From: Isurus oxyrinchus
Lineage: Eukaryota
NCBI GenBank assembly: GCA_026770705.1
Contig: JANJGN010000042.1
Location: forward strand, 2,542,001 to 2,606,000
DNA length: 64,000 nucleotides
Direction: 5' to 3'
A program made the position numbers and the translations under genes. The notes below the pieces were generated by a model. It was given only the letters and a program-made list of their open reading frames with translations, made no database searches and was not told where the DNA came from. Positions 27,901 to 40,079 of this stretch are shown piece after piece (position 1 is the stretch's first letter; every line of letters begins with the position of its first letter).

Positions 27901-30797
27901 AAAGGTGGAGAGAGGGAAAAGGGATTTATGAGTGAATTCCATGGCTTAGGGCCAAGGCAGTAGGCAACAAGTGATAAAATTCACGGATGCAAAAGATTTG
28001 AGAATTCGAGGAGGGAAGGGCTCTCGGAGGGCTATTAGGCTGAAGGAGCTGGTAGGGATGGGGATGTTGGTAGTGGGGGCGGAGGCAGAGGTGGTGGAGG
28101 CCATGGAGGGAGTTTAACAACTGTGATAATCTTATTACTGATGCATTCCTTAATCAAGAGCCGATTTTTATCAGGGACAACGGGGTTGACGGGCCAACGG
28201 GACTTGTGTGCTTTAGGGTAAGGGCAACAGCATTTGGCTTGAGCTCCTATTTATGGATGGTGGACTCTGAGAGGATGGTCAGGAAGTCATTGGAATATTC
28301 AGGTCTAGAGGTGACAAAGGGATGGATGGGAGTTTTAGTCCACTGTCTTGTTATGATGACCCAGAAACAGGGAATAATCAATTACGTTTCTGCTCCCATG
28401 TCTGTCGGTGTCTTATAGGGCCAGTAACAAGGAATCACTCCGACGGATTGTGCTCGCTTGGCTGCTTGTGTCATATAAACACAGCAGCTGGAGATAATGC
28501 CGAGGGCTTGTGAATCAATGTGTGTCTGTGTGACTTGGGACCAGCCCCTTGGAATCATTAACAAGACTTGTGATTAACAGGCACTTCGTATCAGATAATC
28601 CCTGCACCTAGAAGAAATTCCCAGGTTTTGAGCAACTAAACGGTCATCCAGGTTCTGGGGACAATTCCCAGCGTTTATGTTCTCTGCTGAGTCTGCTAGG
28701 CCTACGTGTTTGATACTAATCCCAGGATCTATGCTCCGTGATGCTTCTAATATCCCCCAGTCTCTAGGAATCACATCCAGGGTTTGTGCACCCTAGAGCG
28801 TCAGGTGCACCACAGGCTCTCGGAATCATTCCTTTGGTTTCTGCCACAATAGCGTCATGCTCTGAGAATCATTCCTAGGATTCACACCCTGGTACTTTAG
28901 AGAGGATACAGGTTCTGGGAATCAATCTCAAGTTATTAATTCATTTGAAATGAAAGTCAATATACCCAATGGAGAAGAACCTGGACTGCTTGGGCATATT
29001 GTTGCTGGGCAGATCTTTGTATAAAAACGCTCCTTTGCGAACACCTGGGTTCTTGTTGCCTTTCTATCAGCGGGCTGGAAACTGATTGTTGAAGTTTCTG
29101 CACAGCAGCCACAGATGTTTCCTGTCAATTGCAATGTGACTTATCGCTCCTCCCTGATGATAGATTTCTGGGATCCTGCCAATTTCTGTGGAGCAGACAT
29201 ATGGGATGAACGTGTTATTCAACAAACTGGGAATAAATTCATCAGTTAATGAATCGTTAGGCAATGTCGATCTAAATTGTGTTTCTCATGAGATGATATT
29301 AAGGAAACTGCGTTTTGTGAATGGCATGTTCCAAACAGAATAAATGTGAGATCAACAGTTTGGGATTTTAATTAATTAAGGCCAATTTGATTGTGATAAT
29401 TGCGAAGTTCCTTTACAATCCTGTAGAAGGGAATGCCAGCTGAGCTGGTATCACACAGAAACAAAGAACACATTAACTACAATGATACCAATATTTGATT
29501 CCTTAAATAAGTTTCTACTTTACCCAATAACCTGCAGTTGGCAGAGCGACAGCCCCAGTCTGCAGACTGACTGCGAACTCAAATTATTCACTGAAATATT
29601 AGTACAATTATAATGGCAGGCTTTATAATTTCATATGTAACCTGTTGGTACAGTTTGTGTTGGCATCTGAAAAGCTGAACTTTAATTGCACAATAAATTC
29701 AATGATTTCTCTTCCTTGGTGAAAATTAACAACTTTAAAAAAAGATCAAACTCGTGATGCCCCAAATCTCTGAATATAATTTCTGGTTCAGTGGTTACAG
29801 CCTGATCGATATTGTTTTATCTGCATTGCTAAATATCCCCATGGTTTGTGGGATGCATATGTCGCATCAATAAGAAAGCTAGGCACGGTGATTTAATTCT
29901 CAACTAAATAGGGTTCGGCTGGACTATGCAGTCTTACCACACAAACACTCCTTGGTGTAAGTCTCAACGTCTCCCATTTAGAATCGTTCAGTGTGAAATG
30001 AAAGAGCAATATTCAGACTGGTGAACTGAGATCCTGTGGAAAATTGATTCACCAGGAATTGTTTTAAAGTGAAGCTGCACATTTTACGATGGATTATATC
30101 TGAAATTAAGTGATATTACTCCGGAACATTTCATGTTAGTGGACAAATATCATCGCTTTCTCTGGACAAATATCAGTAACATTTGTATGTTCTGTCCCAC
30201 AGGTAGAGAAAAATGGAAATAAGAAAGACTTGCAGTTACACATTGCATTTCACAACCACAGGATACCTTATAGCTCTTCAAAGGCAATGAAGATTTTCTA
30301 TTTCTAAATATATAATCACCAACGTAGTGCAAGGAAACGTGGCCGTGAATTCACGCACAGCAAGATCCAATAAACTGCATTGCGATAAATCACCAGATAA
30401 TCTGATTTTGGGATGTTGCCTGAGTGATAAATATTGGCCTTGGACACAGGGGAGATCTCTCCTGATCTTTGAAATAATTCCATGGGAGCGTTTACATTCA
30501 TCTGAGAGGAATTGGACACTTAGCACATGTGAGGTGTTTATTGGAAATGCAAAGATTCGCGCTGAATCAATTTAAAACTGAGGCTGCTTTGGAAAGAGAG
30601 TGTCTCATCCCAAAGCATTAACAGACAATCTAAAAAGATACGTTTGTGGAACACGGAATATTAATGGTTAATCATTGTTTATACAGCTGGATCAGACAGG
30701 AAAAGAGAGGAGGAGCCAGGCTGTTAACTGGGGGAGGAGAGTGACTCCCATTATCCAGCTTTGTCTCTCTCTCTCTCTCTTATTTGACTCTAGCCGG

Positions 30798-30804
30798 TAT
30801 AAAT
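30798..30804 (+). promoter_or_regulatory. TATA box of the VH promoter
   Basis: TATAAAT 98 bp upstream of the leader ATG, preceded by a (CT)n tract. Confidence 0.65.
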
Positions 30805-30895
30805 AGCGGGACGGTTCAGCTCCTGGTTCACAATCCGCAGGTGTCACTGCGACGGAGAGTAACGCTCCTGAATCAGTTATACCTAGAGACTGAAG

Positions 30896-30941
30896 ATGGG
30901 ATTTGCGCTGTGCCTTTGCTTCTTATTGGCTTGCTTCACCT
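30896..30941 (+). CDS. IGHV: IgH leader exon (MGFALCLCFLLACFT)
   Basis: 46-nt hydrophobic exon ending at a phase-1 donor T|GTGAGT; 125-bp intron to the V exon. Confidence 0.92.
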
Positions 30942-31066
30942 GTGAGTATTCCTGACTGTATAAGTGATACAATAAAGTCTGCTTCTTGTCTGATATCGTG
31001 TTGTTATTTAAGTTCAATGATTTGATTGTTTTCTAATGTAATTACATTTTTTCCATTCGCTAACAG

Positions 31067-31368
31067 ATGTCCAATCCGCCATTGTGCTGACTCAGCCGGC
31101 TGCAGAGACCGCTAAGCCGGGACAATCTCGCAAACTGTCCTGTTCGGTGAGCGGGTTCAGTCTGGACAGCTACTATGTGAGCTGGGTTAAACAAGTTCCT
31201 GGGAAAGGGCTGGAGTGGCTCCTTGCTTACAGAAAACCCTCGGATACCACGTATTACGCGCCTGGAGTCGAAGGTCGAATCATCCCATCAAGAACTTCGT
31301 CCACAACTTACATTGAGATCAAAAATCTGAGAACCGAAGACACTGCGAGGTATTACTGTGCAGGAGGC
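31067..31368 (+). CDS. IGHV: Germline VH exon
   Basis: TAACAG acceptor; (Y)VQSAIVLTQP..LSC..GFSL..WVKQVPGKGLEWL..EDTARYYCAGG; open frame. Confidence 0.97.
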
Positions 31369-31407
31369 CACAGCGAACTGAACAAGCCCAGAACTCGTAC
31401 ATAAACC
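31369..31407 (+). promoter_or_regulatory. VH 3' RSS (23-bp spacer)
   Basis: CACAGCG-23-ACATAAACC. Confidence 0.95.
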
Positions 31408-31763
31408 ACAGAAGAATAATTACAGCGAATCATAGGTCAGTATTAGCTCAAAATAGGTTAAGAGATGTGTTTGAACCTCGATTGAAAAGTTACATTTTCC
31501 AAGGAAATAAAGTGGTGAATAATAAAAACCAAAAATGACTAACTCTGTATATTAAAGAGCATAGATACCGCTTAGAATGTGCACAACTGATGACTAGGAG
31601 CCAAATGGAAATATTAACAAATTATTAGGTGAATGGGGATAATTTTAGCCCAAAGTTCTGCTCCTGAGTAAAACTCTTGGATGAATTGCAATCAAAATCT
31701 ACAAACCTTCTGCTGACTGAAAGGTTTTATTTATACACTGACTCACAGTCAGTGTGTGAGAGC

Positions 31764-31843
31764 AGTATTTGTGCCGGCTTGTGTCACTGTGTTACTACAT
31801 TGGGTCACGGTGCTGTGTATAGCGAACTCCTCATACAAATACC
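31764..31843 (+). other. IGHD: DH1 segment (coding 31792-31805, TTACTACATTGGGT) with 12- and 22-spacer RSSs
   Basis: AGTATTTGT-12-CACTGTG [D] CACGGTG-22-ACAAATACC. Confidence 0.93.
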
Positions 31844-32159
31844 CCAGAGAGGGAGTTTGATCAAATCTGCGATCCGTATCACAGCAGGAAAATCAAATAA
31901 AATAAATATGACCAACAATAAGGGTTTGAAGGAACACTGAATTACGAAAAATGTATAAAAGTCTCCATTTTTTACTAATTTTGATTGTCTTGCTAAATAG
32001 GGGCACAGATGTTAAAGGCATATTTCGGTCCGTTTATAAACATAATGAAAAATTCTAACTGAAATATCACAGTGATGTATTCCTCGAGTATTCAGTATCA
32101 GGTTTCTCAGGCCGCTGTGGATTTGAATCTCTGTATTTCTCATTTAACAGTCCGCCGCA

Positions 32160-32229
32160 TTTTTTTGTCATGGTGCGTCTCACAGTGATACAACTGGATG
32201 GCACAGCCGTTACTGTTAATGCAAAAACC
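32160..32229 (+). other. IGHD: DH2 segment (coding 32188-32201, ATACAACTGGATGG) with 12/12 RSSs
   Basis: TTTTTTTGT-12-CACAGTG [D] CACAGCC-12-GCAAAAACC. Confidence 0.93.
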
Positions 32230-32553
32230 TCATCGGGGCTAATTGATTGCATTTCGGTCGATGCATTTTGTTTTTTTACAATACAACCATTTTAACCAAA
32301 GCCCAAACTGTGCCTGGAGCTTCCCAATTGACAGGTTTCAAGAGGTGCTAGTGTGTTAATTATTAAATCATTGGCTGCTGCTTTCAATGCATGATCATCA
32401 GTTACTCTGTGAAATACAGAAAAAAGTGTAATTTATAAACTTTAGAAATTCTTTAACAAATTTACTATTTTGATAAAGCAGGTCATGATTTTACTCTGCC
32501 TCTCCGCTCGGAATTTAAACTAATATTGAATTTCTCCCCTTGTGTGCAGAACT

Positions 32554-32592
32554 GGTTATTGTGTGACCCAGACCAGCGAATGTAACACTGTG
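32554..32592 (-). promoter_or_regulatory. JH 5' RSS (23-bp spacer)
   Basis: GGTTATTGT-23-CACTGTG on the + strand. Confidence 0.95.
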
Positions 32593-32640
32593 ACTATGCT
32601 GGCTACTGGGGACAAGGGACCATGGTGACGGTGACTGCAG
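32593..32640 (+). CDS. IGHJ: JH segment (YAGYWGQGTMVTVTA)
   Basis: WGxG motif; phase-1 donor G|GTAAG. Confidence 0.97.
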
Positions 32641-34519
32641 GTAAGAAACATGCCTTCATTCTGTGCTGTTGGATTTGCTTCATTGTCTCATATTTGTTTA
32701 TTTTAGACATTAATGTGTTAACCGAAACTTTGCATTGGTGGATTCTGTGTTTACAATGTTTCATTTAATTCTGCCGCAAAGGGATTTAACAATTGCTTCT
32801 CGGCAAAAAAAAACAATGGGAGTTTTAAGGACTTGTTTGAGTGATTTGTCTTTTATCTGCTGATGAGGTTTTGTGCCTGGCTTACTTTAAATATTTGAGT
32901 TTTGTTAAAGAATTTGGTGTTTCTACTGCTGCAAGTTTTGTAATCGACTGAAAGTATTGTGTTTAAAAGTGTTGGAAATAAGATTGTAGACAGGAAACCG
33001 AGTGCTATCAAGGTCAAAATGTCTTTTTAAGCTATGGATTTTATAATAAATGTTTGTCATGTTTATTTGTGTTAACTGCGCTGAAAAATATCAATATAAG
33101 GTTGACGAACTTTCACCTTAAATAAGTGAAATGCTACGATAAGTAGGAACAACAGAGTTAACAAATTTCCTGCCAGAATCAGGCTTAAAATAATACAACT
33201 TGAAACATTGTAATGCTGTAATATTCCTCCCCATATTACTAAAGTATACCGTGAAAATCAAACAATGCATTAAACATGACCCATCGAAATACAATTCTTC
33301 TGCCATTGTTTCATATTTCTGTTTATTTTAATAAATGACTTGTTCAATGAAAGATGATTTCAGTGCGATGTATTGAGGTTTATTTGAAATGTTGCATCTG
33401 ATTCTGCTGAAAGGACTTAGGTAATTAAGCAGTTGTTGGATTCAGTCCCTCGGTGTTCTGATTTGGTGCTAAGTGCTAAGGAGAGTATGTGCCTTGGGTT
33501 ACTTTGAACAGTTAAAGCTCGTGGAACTGTTTGATGATTCTACAACGTGTAATGTCGATCACATCAAACATGTGTTGGTTATGTGCTTAAACCATTGTGA
33601 AGGAGGGTTATAGTTACAAAGCAAACAGGCTTTTTAATCAATATTGAAAGATATATTGATGCATTTTTATTTCAGTGCCAACTGCAGATTGAACAATTAA
33701 TATTTTGTTTCTGATACTCCTATTTAATACTTGAGGTAATAATGCAATGCTAAAGTACATAACCAGCGAAGTTCAACTGTGATGGGGAGTTAAATGAATA
33801 TAGCTCAAACGACTATAATGCGACAATATTTCCCAAGATTACAACAATAAAAAATAATATTGTTAGACATTTAGCAGATAATCTGTGCTATCCACAACAA
33901 TGCTGCAAAACGCAGCACAATTAATAGCAGCCGGACAAATGCAAAGGTTCCAGCAATTTCCATTCTTTTTTTTTAATATAATACACACTGATCGCACTGC
34001 AGTATTTAGTTCAAACTGTGATTTTAAATTAATTGGTTCCTCCCTGGTTTATGCAGGTTGAAAGGTGCTAATTATTTATCAATATTAAATGCGTTTCAGC
34101 TGGCTAATTTAATATATATGCCGGGTTGTTGAACCTTTGCTGTGCAGCCAAACAGTTCCTTGAATTTTAGCCCATTATCACTAAGCTAATCTTAAACGGT
34201 TTGCAGTTAATGAATTGCTCAATAATACTCAAATTCAAAGAAAGTTCAGAATGCATAAGGCTGGAGATGGACAAACATTGCTATTGAAGCAGGTTGGCTG
34301 AATTATAAATGTAACTTCTGAATTGAAGAACAGCAACTAATCTTGCAGAGCTGTGAGATATCCGGGTTGAATTAAATGGGAGCTACCTTTAATTCTCATT
34401 AAAATCGTTGTTCTGTTTGCTCGCAGAGTTTCAGTGTCTCGGGTGATGCAAAGGAATTGTTATCTCTCAGTTCTGCATTGATGATTGTGGATCTTCATTT
34501 CAATAAGTAGCATTATATA

Positions 34520-34725
34520 TTTAAACAGAAAATGCTGAATAAAACCTCAGCATGACTGGCAGCATCTGTCCATGGAGAAGCAGAGATCTGAAGAAGAGTC
34601 CTACCGATTCGAAATGCTAAGTCTGTTTCTCTCTCCACTGATGCTGCCAGACGTGCTGAGTTTTGCCAGCATTTTCCGTTTTTATATCAGATTTCCAACA
34701 TCCGCCGCATTTTATTTTCATTATA
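34520..34725 (+). mobile_element. Miniature inverted PLE-derived element with hammerhead-like core in the J-C intron
   Basis: Inverted tail copy 34523-34585, then CTGAAGA-A-GAGTC-CTACC-GATTC-GAAA (34588-34614), then sense tail GATGCTGCCAGACGTGCTGAG. Confidence 0.7.
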
Positions 34726-36949
34726 TATTTGAAACTCATTTACGTGTAGATTACGGGAATGGTATATCAAAGCTTGGCTGTATTATTATCTAGGGGAGGC
34801 TCCGATAATGGCTACAAACTGGCAGGGATACATTAATTATTAAAAATAAAATTGCTGTTGAAATGTGGGATGATATTTAAACTCCGGAGTCCTGCTTCAG
34901 TGACTTGAGGATGATGCACTCCATTTTTTATTACCGATATGAGTACCCGAATAGTGTTTGAACAATTTTAAGCTGCCTACTTATAAATCTATCATGTGAA
35001 ATACACGTTTAGAACAGAAGAGCTTTTATGTCGTGCCAACATAATCACAAACATGAAAACTTTACCAGAGTGTAGGTATAGGACCACCTTCTTATAATTT
35101 TTGGTCATCTTAATTTATTAAAAGTAATATAATGTATTTGTCCGAAAGTGTATGGAATTATTTATTTAATTTAAGAAGTGTCACCTTAATTTAAATAAGC
35201 CTATTATTAACAAGAGACAAATCAGAAGGAGAATAAAATTATTAACAAATTTGGCATAATGGTGTTAAATATCACCAATATGAAAATAGAGTCTAAGTTC
35301 AGTACGAATTCATTACAAAAAAATCTCTCAAATGTGCTGCGCTGAGTCCAGGATTAAAGTTAAAACTCATGGTGGAGAATTTTTTAAATTATTTTCAATT
35401 AATTTGGAAAGCAACATGTTTCTCACTCAACTGCCTTTAGCTCCATTGGATGTTGCTGTACAATTTAATTAATTATCTTCGTGTTTTGCCTCAGCAGTTT
35501 CAATGATTATATATTAATCTGAAAGTATGTCAGTGAATAATAGGAGTACAGTGTAAATATCTCCCAATTTGTTAAATTCTTGCTCTGTTACAATGTCCCT
35601 GTTAGAGACATAAATTACCATGAATGTAAATTATTTTGATGAACCTGTTCTCAGCCAAACTAACTCTAAGGCTGTTGTGAAAACTGCACACAGACAGGGA
35701 GAAATTAAGGCCCATCAAAGGGAATTTTTCCATTTAGAATCAGAATAATTTCACAGAAGTGACGTGGTCATAAGTTTACAAACGTTTTAATCTATTCAAA
35801 CGGATTAATGGATACTGGAGAAATCTATCTTTAATAGACTGATTTTTGCATCGTTTATGTCTGTTCTGTTTCTATGTGTGTGGTCACTGTGTGGGAATCG
35901 GGAGCCTTCTGGCTGTTTGTGAACTTCCTGGTTCATTGTCCTGTAATTCAGGGAATTCATTTCGAACCATTTATTTAAGAAGTTTGTATATCCGAGAAAG
36001 GTGCAAATCTGTTCTTAAGTTTGGGAAGGTGCCTCAGAAATCAGATCAGTATTCCAGTTTGTGGAATTCAGAAGGAAAGCAAAATGTAGAAAGATATTTT
36101 TCTGTTCAGTGTTTGCTGTATCAGAGCCGGTGGTTTGTTGATGGTCCAGTCTAAGCACAAGTTTTAACTAACAATGCGGAATAGAGGGCGTTTTAGAATG
36201 CATCCCACCATTACTGTTCCTGAAATACAGCGCTTCACAGGACTGTGCAAAGAGACTTTTAGTATAATTCACTTGTTCTGTATCTGACATGAGAGTGTTG
36301 GCATTGTCAATGGTCAAGGAACTTTAACCACTATCAAACATATTAATTGCTCCGAATTAGATATGTAAAAGTAAATGCTTAAATTCCTCCAATGAAGTAG
36401 CAGATCGTTAATTTAACGTACATTTCATTCTTAAAAAAAAGCTAAGTTTGTGATGAAGGCTTGATGATTAAACATTTTCAATATGAGATAATATTTGAAT
36501 CAGATTGGCCTGATCTAAAGCTCAATTTCAGGACAGTTACAGGAAGTGACGGTAACGTTACCTTCTGCGATATGATCGAATCTGAAAATAAATTGAGCAA
36601 CTTAAATGGACATTATGGTGCCTTACCCCGTGTCTCATACAAACTACGGTGGGAAGGAAAGCTGGAAAAATATGAGTTTAACTTAACTCAATGCACAACC
36701 TGATTCCAACTGCCCGAAGGACATTTGATGAACTATCAGAGAGGCAGTTTTACTCTTGTTCCAAGGGCTTTACTAGGGCTGTGGGTTTTATGTGGAACTT
36801 CAATGTTCTTCTATCTTGTATCTAATCAGTACAGTCTGTGAACTGTAAACATTTGATTATGCGGTGGAGATGAAACACCTTTTTCTGGACATGTATCTAT
36901 TCATGCATCCATTTTTCATCCAACGATGCAAAGATCGATATATTGAATG

Positions 36950-37072
36950 GTCTATCTATCTATCTATCGATCGATCTGTCTTTCTACATATCTGTCTACC
37001 TGCCTATCATGTCTATCTGTCTATCTCTCTCTCTCTCTATCTTCTATCACTCTCTATCTCTATCTCTTTCTA

Positions 37073-37109
<37 letters not shown>

Positions 37110-37161
37110 CCAACCATCTGTTTATCTGCCTGTCTCTCTCTTTCTATCTCTATCTCTATCG

Positions 37162-37239
<78 letters not shown>

Positions 37240-37312
37240 ATATATATTTGTCTATTTATCTATCTACCGATCTCTTTAACTCTCTTTCTATCTATCTATC
37301 TGTTTATCTAAC
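36950..37312. repeat. (TCTA)n/(TC)n microsatellite in the J-C intron
   Basis: Direct inspection. Confidence 0.95.
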
Positions 37313-38098
37313 CAAGATAGCTGATAATAATTGATTATTTGTAAACATCATTGTGCATTGGCAAATTTGGAGAGTTAATTCAGAATTGTGATTGACCGAA
37401 AGCTAACTATCCATGCAATCAAATAGTCTCATTGAACAATTCTGGGTCATGCTTTATAAAAGTGCTAAAAAATTGCCTGTAAGTAATGAAACTAGTCGAT
37501 CCACCCGTTGGAGGTACATAATCTTTAGAGCAAATGCTGCCAAGCATCATCCAAGTTTATCCTCTGAAAACGACAACGTGTTGATCATGAAACTAGAATA
37601 GATTTGTGTAAAAACCCCTCTGGCTCACTGATGTCCTTCCTGGAAGATAATCGGCCATCCTGGCCCAGAGATAGCTAACTGTTTCTGTATTACAATAGTC
37701 ATTTGCTGGTGATAAGAGGTTGATAGTAAAATACTTTAAGCGAGAGCTCATTGGAAATAATGTGGAAGCGTGTAAAGTGAAAGTGTTTGAGGAATGATTG
37801 ATGTTTTCTTCAATAGAGGAGCAAGGGCTGGAGGAAGCCCAGGTTACAATATCCCGTATTTAACTCGCAATTATGTGGCCTCATGTAAAGTATTTCCCTT
37901 TTCCGACTTGTGCAACATCTTGTGTACAAGACTGGCCATCATGGCAGCGTGTCCTGTCGGGTATATCAACTCCTAAATGCAGTTTATTACCAGGATATTT
38001 TGGAAATTAATTATATCAATATTAAACTTCGAACAATTTGCTTATTTCATAATCACGAATCACATTTTTAAGTTGCTCAATTGACTCTTAATTCGCAG

Positions 38099-38398
38099 TG
38101 ACACCGTCTCCCCCCACCCTCTACGCTCTGCTCTCCTCCTGTGAACAAGCAAATACTGCCGGCTCCATCACCTACGGCTGTTTGGCTGCGGACTACTCCC
38201 CCGAAATCACCAGCGTTTCCTGGAAGAAAGATCAAGAGACGATCACAGCTGGATTGAAGACTTACCCATCAGTACTGAACAAGAAGGGAACCCACACCCT
38301 GAGCAGCCAGTTAACCATCACCGAATCAGAGGTGGGAAGCAGCACAATCTACTGCGAGGTTCGAAGGAGCAACTCGGTCTGGCAGAAGGAAATGCCAG
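38099..38398 (+). CDS. IGHM: IgM Cmu1 exon
   Basis: TCGCAG acceptor; [37 protein letters not shown]; G|GTTCGT donor; 300 nt. Confidence 0.95.
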
Positions 38399-39307
38399 GT
38401 TCGTGTTGTGGGATGCACAGGGCGGCAGTGGCGGGGCTGGGTGAAGGGTGAACGTGGTCAGCAAATGAGTTATGTTCAAATTCTGCATCACATGGGTTAG
38501 AATAGATTGAGAATATTGTGTATAGTTCAGGTGCCCATATCACACTTTGCATTGTGGATACCTGTATTCTCCACATCACACTTAGTGTGATATGTACAGC
38601 TGTGATCTCCGCATCACAGTTATTGTACTGTAGACAGTTTTTTCTTCCACATCAAAATGTAGTGTACTGTGTATAATTAGGGCCTCCACATCATAATAGG
38701 TGTATTGTGTGCAGTTATCCCCTCCAAATCATATCGAGTATACCATATGTAGTTCTGGTTTCCATGTAAGGAAAATGCTACAGGGGCGTTGCAATCGGAG
38801 CTAAACTATTTACAAGGACATTACCAGAGCTGATAGATTACTTCTGTCATGTAACTGCGAACAAGTTGGTGGTCAATTCTCTACAAAATAAAAAATTGTG
38901 GTGTGACCAAATAAAGGTCCTCAGACTTCTGAAATAATTTGATACATTAGACAAGAATTAGAGCTCATGTTTACAACAGAATGTTAAAAAGAAACGATTG
39001 GCTATTCTTAATCTTTACACAAAGAGTGAGCAGAATGTGGGAATTCCTGTAGGTGAGATGTTACCGAAACTCTGTTCAGCGGAATCTTAATAGATACATG
39101 AGGGAGATTGTAAGGGAGGTATTTTTTCTTTCTGCTGAGAGGTGAAATAGGGCGAGAGGATGTTCGTGTGGATCCTAAACTCCAGCATTGTACTATGGGG
39201 CCGGTTGGCCTGGTTCTGTCCTGTGGATTTTATGTAATTAGTTTTACAGTTTTTAATTGTTTGGTTTGAAGCAATTTTAATTCCAAATAATATATATTTT
39301 CTTGCAG

Positions 39308-39618
39308 TTATTGTGGTGCATCATCCGACTGTTCTGCTCACCGTGAGCCCCAGTGAAGAAATCACAAGCAGCAGATTTGCAACCGTCGTCTGTTCAATCG
39401 TTGATTTCAGTCCAAATTCAATCAAGGTGAAATGGCTGAAGAATGGACAAGCCATGGCCTCCGGCTTCGTCACCTCTCCCGGCTTTAAAGTGAATGGGAA
39501 CTTCTCAGCGACCAGTCAGTTGACAGTCCCCGCTGGGGACTGGTTCAGTCACACGCTCTATACCTGCCAGGTCACTCATAAAGGGTCACCCAAAGCCGAA
39601 ACATCACCAAACCTGAGG
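39308..39618 (+). CDS. IGHM: IgM Cmu2 exon with an apparent 1-bp deletion near its 3' end
   Basis: TTGCAG acceptor; [33 protein letters not shown]; GTAAG donor at 39619; 311 nt (not 3n). Confidence 0.9.
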
Positions 39619-40079
39619 GTAAGAGACACAACCCGAGAAAGCTCAAGGCCATTCTTGGTGTCAATCTCTTCCAAGCCAAGAAATATTTTGGAATGATTAA
39701 ACGTCAGAGATTGTGTCTTATTTGCCATCTTGCCCATTTGTGTTTCCTTCCAAAGGAAACAAGAACACACTAAAGAAATCCTTTCATTTATAAAGCGCCC
39801 TCCCTAGCATCAGATTTTCCCAAAACACTTAGCAGCCAATGAATGACCGTGGAAATGTGCTCATTGTGGTAAAGTACAATATTCAGCAGCGATTTGCTGC
39901 GCAACAGTCACCAAGACCCTGGGACATGATGCTGACAGGATTTATTTATTTATTTTTTGATTTCATTCTGTTTGTTCAGGGACACATGTTGTCCAGGAAA
40001 TAGACACACTTCAGCTCAGCATTTCGAACGTTTTCTTTTCATTTTTATTTCAAATTTCCAGCAATATTTGGCTTTTAGA

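Noticed and set aside
32068-32074. Perfect CACAGTG between D1 and D2 (possible third D)
   Set aside because: No nonamer at 12 or 23 bp on either side.
36864-37334. LSIY-repeat ORFs
   Set aside because: Translation of the (TCTA)n microsatellite.
32641-38098. Switch-region or extra exon in the J-C intron
   Set aside because: No AGCT-rich tandem repeats or Ig-like exon seen; AT-rich sequence plus small repeats.
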